NCBI GenBank assembly: GCA_964057225.1
Contig: OZ059894.1
Location: forward strand, 21,018,001 to 21,082,000
DNA length: 64,000 bases
Origin: Auanema rhodensis
Taxonomy: Eukaryota > Animalia > Nematoda
Direction: 5' to 3'
Part shown: positions 28,426 to 41,412 of the stretch, piece after piece
Position numbering within the stretch: position 1 is the stretch's first letter
Layout of the letters: the number at the start of each line of letters is the position of its first letter
The notes under the pieces: generated by a model
What the model was told of the DNA's origin: nothing
Seen by the model: only the letters and a program-made list of their open reading frames with translations
The model's database searches: none
Made by a program: the position numbers and the translations under genes

Positions 28426-31400
28426 TAATTTAGCAAAAAGTAGATGTTTTTAGATTCCTTTTTTCAAGGCAAAGACGATGGACAATGTTATTCAACGAAA
28501 AAATTAATTCTTCAGGGTGAAAATCGAGGATATAAGTGTGAACTTATATCAGTTGATATCTCGGTGCATTTTTAAGCTAGCGCAAATCTGATAACACAGA
28601 ACGACGCAGCTTAAAAATCCGCATCGAATGCACTATACTACATTGAGAAACGCTTAATACAAAAATTAGTTATGATCGTTTGAAAAATGATGCATTAGTG
28701 TATGTTGAGTTTCCATGTACACTCAACATTGCTTCCAAAAACATTTTGACAAAAATTTTTTCGAGAAATTTCAAAATAATTTAGCAAAAAGTAGATGTTT
28801 TTAGATTCCTTTTTTCAAGGCAAAGACGATGGACAATGTTATTCAACGAAAAAATTAATTCTTCAGGGTGAAAATCGAGGATATAAGTGTAAACTTATAT
28901 CAGTTGATATCTCGGTGCATTTTTAAGCTAGCGCAAATCTGATAACACAGATCGACGCAGCTTAAAAATCCGCATCGAATGCACTATACTACATTGAGAA
29001 ACGCTTAATACAAAAATTAGTTATGATCGTTTGAAAAATGATGCATTAGTGTATGTTGAGTTTCCATGTACACTCAACATTGCTTCCAAAAACATTTTGA
29101 CAAAAATTTTTTCGAAAAATTTCAAGATAATTTAGCAAAAAGTAGATGTTTTTAGATTCCGTTTTTCAAGGCAAAGACGATGGACAATGTTATTCAACGA
29201 AAAAATTAATTCTTCAGGGTGAAAATCGAGGATATAAGTGTGAACTTATATCAGTTGATATCTCGGTGCATTTTTAAGCTAGCGCAAATCTGATAACACA
29301 GATCGACGCAGCTTAAAAATCCGCATCGAATGCACTATACTACATTGAGAAACGCTTAATACAAAAATTAGTTATGATCGTTTGAAAAATGATGCATTAG
29401 TGTATGTTGAGTTTCCATGTACACTCAACATTGCTTCCAAAAACATTTTGACAAAAATTTTTTCGAAAAATTTCAAAATAATTTAGCAAAAAGTAGATGT
29501 TTTTAGATTCCTTTTTTCAAGGCAAAGACGATGGACAATGTTATTCAACGAAAAAATTAATTCTTCAGGGTGAAAATCGAGGATATAAGTGTGAACTTAT
29601 ATCAGTTGATATCTCGGTGCATTTTTAAGCTAGCGCAAATCTGATAACACAGAACGACGCAGCTTAAAAATCCGCATCGAATGCACTATACTACATTGAG
29701 AAACGCTTAATACAAAAATTAGTTATGATCGTTTGAAAAATGATGCATTAGTGTATGTTGAGTTTCCATGTACACTCAACATTGCTTCCAAAAACATTTT
29801 GACAAAAATTTTTTCGAAAAATTTCAAAATAATTTAGCAAAAAGTAGATATTTTAAGTTTCCTTTTTTCAAGGCAAAGACGATGGACAATGTTATTCAAC
29901 GAAAAAATTAATTCTTCAGGGTGAAAATCGAGGATATAAGTGTGAACTTATATCAGTTGATATCTCGGTGCATTTTTAAGCTAGCGCAAATCTGATAACA
30001 CAGAACGACGCAGCTTAAAAATCCGCATCGAATGCACTATACTACATTGAGAAACGCTTAATACAAAAATTAGTTATGATCGTTTGAAAAATGATGCATT
30101 AGTGTATGTTGAGTTTCCATGTACACTCAACATTGCTTCCAAAAACATTTTGACAAAAATTTTTTCGAGAAATTTCAAAATAATTTAGCAAAAAGTAGAT
30201 GTTTTTAGATTCCTTTTTTCAAGGCAAAAACGATGGACAATGTTATTCAACGAAAAAATTAATTCTTCAGGGTGAAAATCGAGGATATAAGTGTGAACTT
30301 ATATCAGTTGATATCTCGGTGCATTTTTAAGCTAGCGCAAATCTGATAACACAGATCGAGGCAGCTTAAAAATCCGCATCGAATGCACTATACTACATTG
30401 AGAAACGCTTAATACAAAAATTAGTTATGATCGTTTGAAAAATGATGCATTAGTGTATGTTGAGTTTCCATGTACACTCAACATTGCTTCCAAAAACATT
30501 TTGACAAAAATTTTTTCGAAAAATTTCAAAATAATTTAGCAAAAAGTAGATGTTTTTAGATTCCTTTTTTCAAGGCAAAGACGATGGACAATGTTATTCA
30601 ACGAAAAAATTAATTCTTCAGGGTGAAAATCGAGGATATAAGTGTGAACTTATATCAGTTGATATCTCGGTGCATTTTTAAGCTAGCGCAAATCTGATAA
30701 CACAGAACGACGCAGCTTAAAAATCCGCATCGAATGCACTATACTACATTGAGAAACGCTTAATACAAAAATTAGTTATGATCGTTTGAAAAATGATGCA
30801 TTAGTGTATGTTGAGTTTCCATGTACACTCAACATTGCTTCCAAAAACATTTTGACAAAAATTTTTTCGAGAAATTTCAAAATAATTTAGCAAAAAGTAG
30901 ATGTTTTTAGATTCCTTTTTTCAAGGCAAAGACGATGGACAATGTTATTCAACGAAAAAATTAATTCTTCAGGGTGAAAATCGAGGATATAAGTGTAAAC
31001 TTATATCAGTTGATATCTCGGTGCATTTTTAAGCTAGCGCAAATCTGATAACACAGATCGACGCAGCTTAAAAATCCGCATCGAATGCACTATACTACAT
31101 TGAGAAACGCTTAATACAAAAATTAGTTATGATCGTTTGAAAAATGATGCATTAGTGTATGTTGAGTTTCCATGTACACTCAACATTGCTTCCAAAAACA
31201 TTTTGACAAAAATTTTTTCGAAAAATTTCAAGATAATTTAGCAAAAAGTAGATGTTTTTAGATTCCGTTTTTCAAGGCAAAGACGATGGACAATGTTATT
31301 CAACGAAAAAATTAATTCTTCAGGGTGAAAATCGAGGATATAAGTGTGAACTTATATCAGTTGATATCTCGGTGCATTTTTAAGCTAGCGCAAATCTGAT

Positions 31401-32637
31401 AACACAGATCGACGCAGCTTAAAAATCCGCATCGAATGCACTATACTACATTGAGAAACGCTTAATACAAAAATTAGTTATGATCGTTTGAAAAATGATG
31501 CATTAGTGTATGTTGAGTTTCCATGTACACTCAACATTGCTTCCAAAAACATTTTGACAAAAATTTTTTCGAAAAATTTCAAAATAATTTAGCAAAAAGT
31601 AGATGTTTTTAGATTCCTTTTTTCAAGGCAAAGACGATGGACAATGTTATTCAACGAAAAAATTAATTCTTCAGGGTGAAAATCGAGGATATAAGTGTGA
31701 ACTTATATCAGTTGATATCTCGGTGCATTTTTAAGCTAGCGCAAATCTGATAACACAGAACGACGCAGCTTAAAAATCCGCATCGAATGCACTATACTAC
31801 ATTGAGAAACGCTTAATACAAAAATTAGTTATGATCGTTTGAAAAATGATGCATTAGTGTATGTTGAGTTTCCATGTACACTCAACATTGCTTCCAAAAA
31901 CATTTTGACAAAAATTTTTTCGAAAAATTTCAAAATAATTTAGCAAAAAGTAGATATTTTAAGTTTCCTTTTTTCAAGGCAAAGACGATGGACAATGTTA
32001 TTCAACGAAAAAATTAATTCTTCAGGGTGAAAATCGAGGATATAAGTGTGAACTTATATCAGTTGATATCTCGGTGCATTTTTAAGCTAGCGCAAATCTG
32101 ATAACACAGAACGACGCAGCTTAAAAATCCGCATCGAATGCACTATACTACATTGAGAAACGCTTAATACAAAAATTAGTTATGATCGTTTGAAAAATGA
32201 TGCATTAGTGTATGTTGAGTTTCCATGTACACTCAACATTGCTTCCAAAAACATTTTGACAAAAATTTTTTCGAGAAATTTCAAAATAATTTAGCAAAAA
32301 GTAGATGTTTTTAGATTCCTTTTTTCAAGGCAAAAACGATGGACAATGTTATTCAACGAAAAAATTAATTCTTCAGGGTGAAAATCGAGGATATAAGTGT
32401 GAACTTATATCAGTTGATATCTCGGTGCATTTTTAAGCTAGCGCAAATCTGATAACACAGATCGAGGCAGCTTAAAAATCCGCATCGAATGCACTATACT
32501 ACATTGAGAAACGCTTAATACAAAAATTAGTTATGATCGTTTGAAAAATGATGCATTAGTGTATGTTGAGTTTCCATGTACACTCAACATTGCTTCCAAA
32601 AACATTTTGACAAAAATTTTTTCGAAAAATTTCAAAA
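28426..32637 (+). repeat. 6-monomer (2106 bp) tandem duplication
   Basis: Variants at 28891/30997, 29126/31232, 29161/31267, 29850/31956, 30229/32335 and 30360/32466 recur at +2106. Confidence 0.93.
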
Positions 32638-35600
32638 TAATTTAGCAAAAAGTAGATGTTTTTAGATTCCTTTTTTCAAGGCAAAGACGATGGACAATGT
32701 TATTCAACGAAAAAATTAATTCTTCAGGGTGAAAATCGAGGATATAAGTGTGAACTTATATCAGTTGATATCTCGGTGCATTTTTAAGCTAGCGCAAATC
32801 TGATAACACAGAACGACGCAGCTTAAAAATCCGCATCGAATGCACTATACTACATTGAGAAACGCTTAATACAAAAATTAGTTATGATCGTTTGAAAAAT
32901 GATGCATTAGTGTATGTTGAGTTTCCATGTACACTCAACATTGCTTCCAAAAACATTTTGACAAAAATTTTTTCGAGAAATTTCAAAATAATTTAGCAAA
33001 AAGTAGATGTTTTTAGATTCCTTTTTTCAAGGCAAAGACGATGGACAATGTTATTCAACGAAAAAATTAATTCTTCAGGGTGAAAATCGAGGATATAAGT
33101 GTGAACTTATATCAGTTGATATCTCGGTGCATTTTTAAGCTAGCGCAAATCTGATAACACAGATCGACGCAGCTTAAAAATCCGCATCGAATGCACTATA
33201 CTACATTGAGAAACGCTTAATACAAAAATTAGTTATGATCGTTTGAAAAATGATGCATTAGTGTATGTTGAGTTTCCATGTACACTCAACATTGCTTCCA
33301 AAAACATTTTGACAAAAATTTTTTCGAAAAATTTCAAGATAATTTAGCAAAAAGTAGATGTTTTTAGATTCCTTTTTTCAAGGCAAAGACGATGGACAAT
33401 GTTATTCAACGAAAAAATTAATTCTTCAGGGTGAAAATCGAGGATATAAGTGTGAACTTATATCAGTTGATATCTCGGTGCATTTTTAAGCTAGCGCAAA
33501 TCTGATAACACAGATCGACGCAGCTTAAAAATCCGCATCGAATGCACTATACTACATTGAGAAACGCTTAATACAAAAATTAGTTATGATCGTTTGAAAA
33601 ATGATGCATTAGTGTATGTTGAGTTTCCATGTACACTCAACATTGCTTCCAAAAACATTTTGACAAAAATTTTTTCGAAAAATTTCAAAATAATTTAGCA
33701 AAAAGTAGATATTTTAAGTTTCCTTTTTTCAAGGCAAAGACGATGGACAATGTTATTCAACGAAAAAATTAATTCTTCAGGGTGAAAATCGAGGATATAA
33801 GTGTAAACTTATATCAGTTGATATCTCGGTGCATTTTTAAGCTAGCGCAAATCTGATAACACAGAACGACGCAGCTTAAAAATCCGCATCGAATGCACTA
33901 TACTACATTGAGAAACGCTTAATACAAAAATTAGTTATGATCGTTTGAAAAATGATGCATTAGTGTATGTTGAGTTTCCATGTACACTCAACATTGCTTC
34001 CAAAAACATTTTGACAAAAATTTTTTCGAAAAATTTCAAAATAATTTAGCAAAAAGTAGATGTTTTTAGATTCCTTTTTTCAAGGCAAAGACGATGGACA
34101 ATGTTATTCAACGAAAAAATTAATTCTTCAGGGTGAAAATCGAGGATATAAGTGTGAACTTATATCAGTTGATATCTCGGTGCATTTTTAAGCTAGCGCA
34201 AATCTGATAACACAGATCGACGCAGCTTAAAAATCCGCATCGAATGCACTATACTACATTGAGAAACGCTTAATACAAAAATTAGTTATGATCGTTTGAA
34301 AAATGATGCATTAGTGTATGTTGAGTTTCCATGTACACTCAACATTGCTTCCAAAAACATTTTGACAAAAATTTTTTCGAAAAATTTCAAAATAATTTAG
34401 CAAAAAGTAGATGTTTTTAAATTCCTTTTTTCAAGGCAAAGACGATGGACAATGTTATTCAACGAAAAAATTAATTCTTCAGGGTGAAAATCGAGGATAT
34501 AAGTGTGAACTTATATCAGTTGATATCTCGGTGCATTTTTAAGCTAGCGCAAATCTGATAACACAGATCGACGCAGCTTAAAAATCCGCATCGAATGCAC
34601 TATACTACATTGAGAAACGCTTAATACAAAAATTAGTTATGATCGTTTGAAAAATGATGCATTAGTGTATGTTGAGTTTCCATGTACACTCAACATTGCT
34701 TCCAAAAACATTTTGACAAAAATTTTTTCGAAAAATTTCAAAATAATTTAGCAAAAAGTAGATGTTTTTAGATTCCTTTTTTCAAGGCAAAGACGATGGA
34801 CAATGTTATTCAACGAAAAAATTAATTCTTCAGGGTGAAAATCGAGGATATAAGTGTGAACTTATATCAGTTGATATCTCGGTGCATTTTTAAGCTAGCG
34901 CAAATCTGATAACACAGATCGACGCAGCTTAAAAATCCGCATCGAATGCACTATACTACATTGAGAAACGCTTAATACAAAAATTAGTTATGATCGTTTG
35001 AAAAATGATGCATTAGTGTATGTTGAGTTTCCATGTACACTCAACATTGCTTCCAAAAACATTTTGACAAAAATTTTTTCGAAAAATTTCAAAATAATTT
35101 AGCAAAAAGTAGATGTTTTTAGATTCCTTTTTTCAAGGCAAAGACGATGGACAATGTTATTCAACGAAAAAATTAATTCTTCAGGGTGAAAATCGAGGAT
35201 ATAAGTGTGAACTTATATCAGTTGATATCTCGGTGCATTTTTAAGCTAGCGCAAATCTGATAACACAGAACGACGCAGCTTAAAAATCCGCATCGAATGC
35301 ACTATACTACATTGAGAAACGCTTAATACAAAAATTAGTTATGATCGTTTGAAAAATGATGCATTAGTGTATGTTGAGTTTCCATGTACACTCAACATTG
35401 CTTCCAAAAACATTTTGACAAAAATTTTTTCGAGAAATTTCAAAATAATTTAGCAAAAAGTAGATGTTTTTAGATTCCTTTTTTCAAGGCAAAGACGATG
35501 GACAATGTTATTCAACGAAAAAATTAATTCTTCAGGGTGAAAATCGAGGATATAAGTGTGAACTTATATCAGTTGATATCTCGGTGCATTTTTAAGCTAG

Positions 35601-36498
35601 CGCAAATCTGATAACACAGATCGACGCAGCTTAAAAATCCGCATCGAATGCACTATACTACATTGAGAAACGCTTAATACAAAAATTAGTTATGATCGTT
35701 TGAAAAATGATGCATTAGTGTATGTTGAGTTTCCATGTACACTCAACATTGCTTCCAAAAACATTTTGACAAAAATTTTTTCGAAAAATTTCAAGATAAT
35801 TTAGCAAAAAGTAGATGTTTTTAGATTCCGTTTTTCAAGGCAAAGACGATGGACAATGTTATTCAACGAAAAAATTAATTCTTCAGGGTGAAAATCGAGG
35901 ATATAAGTGTGAACTTATATCAGTTGATATCTCGGTGCATTTTTAAGCTAGCGCAAATCTGATAACACAGATCGACGCAGCTTAAAAATCCGCATCGAAT
36001 GCACTATACTACATTGAGAAACGCTTAATACAAAAATTAGTTATGATCGTTTGAAAAATGATGCATTAGTGTATGTTGAGTTTCCATGTACACTCAACAT
36101 TGCTTCCAAAAACATTTTGACAAAAATTTTTTCGAAAAATTTCAAAATAATTTAGCAAAAAGTAGATATTTTAAGTTTCCTTTTTTCAAGGCAAAGACGA
36201 TGGACAATGTTATTCAACGAAAAAATTAATTCTTCAGGGTGAAAATCGAGGATATAAGTGTAAACTTATATCAGTTGATATCTCGGTGCATTTTTAAGCT
36301 AGCGCAAATCTGATAACACAGAACGACGCAGCTTAAAAATCCGCATCGAATGCACTATACTACATTGAGAAACGCTTAATACAAAAATTAGTTATGATCG
36401 TTTGAAAAATGATGCATTAGTGTATGTTGAGTTTCCATGTACACTCAACATTGCTTCCAAAAACATTTTGACAAAAATTTTTTCGAAAAATTTCAAAA

Positions 36499-39400
36499 TA
36501 ATTTAGCAAAAAGTAGATGTTTTTAGATTCCTTTTTTCAAGGCAAAGACGATGGACAATGTTATTCAACGAAAAAATTAATTCTTCAGGGTGAAAATCGA
36601 GGATATAAGTGTGAACTTATATCAGTTGATATCTCGGTGCATTTTTAAGCTAGCGCAAATCTGATAACACAGATCGACGCAGCTTAAAAATCCGCATCGA
36701 ATGCACTATACTACATTGAGAAACGCTTAATACAAAAATTAGTTATGATCGTTTGAAAAATGATGCATTAGTGTATGTTGAGTTTCCATGTACACTCAAC
36801 ATTGCTTCCAAAAACATTTTGACAAAAATTTTTTCGAAAAATTTCAAAATAATTTAGCAAAAAGTAGATGTTTTTAGATTCCTTTTTTCAAGGCAAAGAC
36901 GATGGACAATGTTATTCAACGAAAAAATTAATTCTTCAGGGTGAAAATCGAGGATATAAGTGTGAACTTATATCAGTTGATATCTCGGTGCATTTTTAAG
37001 CTAGCGCAAATCTGATAACACAGAACGACGCAGCTTAAAAATCCGCATCGAATGCACTATACTACATTGAGAAACGCTTAATACAAAAATTAGTTATGAT
37101 CGTTCGAAAAATGATGCATTAGTGTATGTTGAGTTTCCATGTACACTCAACATTGCTTCCAAAAACATTTTGACAAAAATTTTTTCGAAAAATTTCAAAA
37201 TAATTTAGCAAAAAGTAGATGTTTTTAGATTCCTTTTTTCAAGGCAAAGACGATGGACAATGTTATTCAACGAAAAAATTAATTCTTCAGGGTGAAAATC
37301 GAGGATATAAGTGTGAACTTATATCAGTTGATATCTCGGTGCATTTTTAAGCTAGCGCAAATCTGATAACTCAGAACGACGCAGCTTAAAAATCCGCATC
37401 GAATGCACTATACTACATTGAGAAACGCTTAATACAAAAATTAGTTATGATCGTTTGAAAAATGATGCATTAGTGTATGTTGAGTTTCCATGTACACTCA
37501 ACATTGCTTCCAAAAACATTTTGACAAAAATTTTTTCGAGAAATTTCAAAATAATTTAGCAAAAAGTAGATGTTTTTAGATTCCTTTTTTCAAGGCAAAG
37601 ACGATGGACAATGTTATTCAACGAAAAAATTAATCCTTCAGGGTGAAAATCGAGGATATAAGTGTAAACTTATATCAGTTGATATCTCGGTGCATTTTTA
37701 AGCTAGCGCAAATCTGATAACACAGAACGACGCAGCTTAAAAATCCGCATCGAATGCACTATACTACATTGAGAAACGCTTAATACAAAAATTAGTTATG
37801 ATCGTTTGAAAAATGATGCATTAGTGTATGTTGAGTTTCCATGTACACTCAACATTGCTTCCAAAAACATTTTGACAAAAATTTTTTCGAAAAATTTCAA
37901 GATAATTTAGCAAAAAGTAGATGTTTTTAGATTCCTTTTTTCAAGGCAAAGACGATGGACAATGTTATTCAACGAAAAAATTAATTCTTCAGGGTGAAAA
38001 TCGAGGATATATGTGTGAACTTATATCAGTTGATATCTCGGTGCATTTTTAAGCTAGCGCAAATCTGATAACACAGATCGACGCAGCTTAAAAATCCGCA
38101 TCGAATGCACTATACTACATTGAGAAACGCTTAATACAAAAATTAGTTATGATCGTTTGAAAAATGATGCATTAGTGTATGTTGAGTTTCCATGTACACT
38201 CAACATTGCTTCCAAAAACATTTTGACAAAAATTTTTTCGAAAAATTTCAAAATAATTTAGCAAAAAGTAGATGTTTTTAGATTCCTTTTTTCAAGGCAA
38301 AGACGATGGACAATGTTATTCAACGAAAAAATTAATTCTTCAGGGTGAAAATCGAGGATATAAGTGTGAACTTATATCAGTTGATATCTCGGTGCATTTT
38401 TAAGCTAGCGCAAATCTGATAACACAGAACGACGCAGCTTAAAAATCCGCATCGAATGCACTATACTACATTGAGAAACGCTTAATACAAAAATTAGTTA
38501 TGATCGTTTGAAAAATGATGCATTAGTGTATGTTGAGTTTCCATGTACACTCAACATTGCTTCCAAAAACATTTTGACAAAAATTTTTTCGAAAAATTTC
38601 AAGATAATTTAGCAAAAAGTAGATGTTTTTAGATTCCTTTTTTCAAGGCAAAGACGATGGACAATGTTATTCAACGAAAAAATTAATTCTTCAGGGTGAA
38701 AATCGAGGATATAAGTGTGAACTTATATCAGTTGATATCTCGGTGCATTTTTAAGCTAGCGCAAATCTGATAACACAGAACGACGCAGCTTAAAAATCCG
38801 CATCGAATGCACTATACTACATTGAGAAACGCTTAATACAAAAATTAGTTATGATCGTTCGAAAAATGATGCATTAGTGTATGTTGAGTTTCCATGTACA
38901 CTCAACATTGCTTCCAAAAACATTTTGACAAAAATTTTTTCGAAAAATTTCAAAATAATTTAGCAAAAAGTAGATGTTTTTAGATTCCTTTTTTCAAGGC
39001 AAAGACGATGGACAATGTTATTCAACGAAAAAATTAATTCTTCAGGGTGAAAATCGAGGATATAAGTGTGAACTTATATCAGTTGATATCTCGGTGCATT
39101 TTTAAGCTAGCGCAAATCTGATAACACAGATCGACGCAGCTTAAAAATCCGCATCGAATGCACTATACTACATTGAGAAACGCTTAATACAAAAATTAGT
39201 TATGATCGTTTGAAAAATGATGCATTAGTGTATGTTGAGTTTCCATGTACACTCAACATTGCTTCCAAAAACATTTTGACAAAAATTTTTTCGAAAAATT
39301 TCAAAATAATTTAGCAAAAAGTAGATGTTTTTAGATTCCTTTTTTCAAGGCAAAGACGATGGACAATGTTATTCAACGAAAAAATTAATTCTTCAGGGTG

Positions 39401-41412
39401 AAAATCGAGGATATAAGTGTGAACTTATATCAGTTGATATCTCGGTGCATTTTTAAGCTAGCGCAAATCTGATAACACAGAACGACGCAGCTTAAAAATC
39501 CGCATCGAATGCACTATACTACATTGAGAAACGCTTAATACAAAAATTAGTTATGATCGTTCGAAAAATGATGCATTAGTGTATGTTGAGTTTCCATGTA
39601 CACTCAACATTGCTTCCAAAAACATTTTGACAAAAATTTTTTCGAAAAATTTCAAAATAATTTAGCAAAAAGTAGATGTTTTTAGATTCCTTTTTTCAAG
39701 GCAAAGACGATGGACAATGTTATTCAACGAAAAAATTAATTCTTCAGGGTGAAAATCGAGGATATAAGTGTGAACTTATATCAGTTGATATCTCGGTGCA
39801 TTTTTAAGCTAGCGCAAATCTGATAACTCAGAACGACGCAGCTTAAAAATCCGCATCGAATGCACTATACTACATTGAGAAACGCTTAATACAAAAATTA
39901 GTTATGATCGTTTGAAAAATGATGCATTAGTGTATGTTGAGTTTCCATGTACACTCAACATTGCTTCCAAAAACATTTTGACAAAAATTTTTTCGAGAAA
40001 TTTCAAAATAATTTAGCAAAAAGTAGATGTTTTTAGATTCCTTTTTTCAAGGCAAAGACGATGGACAATGTTATTCAACGAAAAAATTAATTCTTCAGGG
40101 TGAAAATCGAGGATATAAGTGTGAACTTATATCAGTTGATATCTCGGTGCATTTTTAAGCTAGCGCAAATCTGATAACACAGAACGACGCAGCTTAAAAA
40201 TCCGCATCGAATGCACTATACTACATTGAGAAACGCTTAATACAAAAATTAGTTATGATCGTTTGAAAAATGATGCATTAGTGTATGTTGAGTTTCCATG
40301 TACACTCAACATTGCTTCCAAAAACATTTTGACAAAAATTTTTTCGAAAAATTTCAAGATAATTTAGCAAAAAGTAGATGTTTTTAGATTCCTTTTTTCA
40401 AGGCAAAGACGATGGACAATGTTATTCAACGAAAAAATTAATTCTTCAGGGTGAAAATCGAGGATATATGTGTGAACTTATATCAGTTGATATCTCGGTG
40501 CATTTTTAAGCTAGCGCAAATCTGATAACACAGATCGACGCAGCTTAAAAATCCGCATCGAATGCACTATACTACATTGAGAAACGCTTAATACAAAAAT
40601 TAGTTATGATCGTTTGAAAAATGATGCATTAGTGTATGTTGAGTTTCCATGTACACTCAACATTGCTTCCAAAAACATTTTGACAAAAATTTTTTCGAAA
40701 AATTTCAAGATAATTTAGCAAAAAGTAGATGTTTTTAGATTCCTTTTTTCAAGGCAAAGACGATGGACAATGTTATTCAACGAAAAAATTAATTCTTCAG
40801 GGTGAAAATCGAGGATATAAGTGTGAACTTATATCAGTTGATATCTCGGTGCATTTTTAAGCTAGCGCAAATCTGATAACACAGAACGACGCAGCTTAAA
40901 AATCCGCATCGAATGCACTATACTACATTGAGAAACGCTTAATACAAAAATTAGTTATGATCGTTTGAAAAATGATGCATTAGTGTATGTTGAGTTTCCA
41001 TGTACACTCAACATTGCTTCCAAAAACATTTTGACAAAAATTTTTTCGAAAAATTTCAAGATAATTTAGCAAAAAGTAGATGTTTTTAGATTCCTTTTTT
41101 CAAGGCAAAGACGATGGACAATGTTATTCAACGAAAAAATTAATTCTTCAGGGTGAAAATCGAGGATATAAGTGTGAACTTATATCAGTTGATATCTCGG
41201 TGCATTTTTAAGCTAGCGCAAATCTGATAACACAGAACGACGCAGCTTAAAAATCCGCATCGAATGCACTATACTACATTGAGAAACGCTTAATACAAAA
41301 ATTAGTTATGATCGTTCGAAAAATGATGCATTAGTGTATGTTGAGTTTCCATGTACACTCAACATTGCTTCCAAAAACATTTTGACAAAAATTTTTTCGA
41401 AAAATTTCAAAA
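36499..41412 (+). repeat. 7-monomer (2457 bp) imperfect tandem duplication
   Basis: Variants at 37105/39562, 37371/39828, 38012/40469 and 38860/41317 recur at +2457. Confidence 0.88.
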
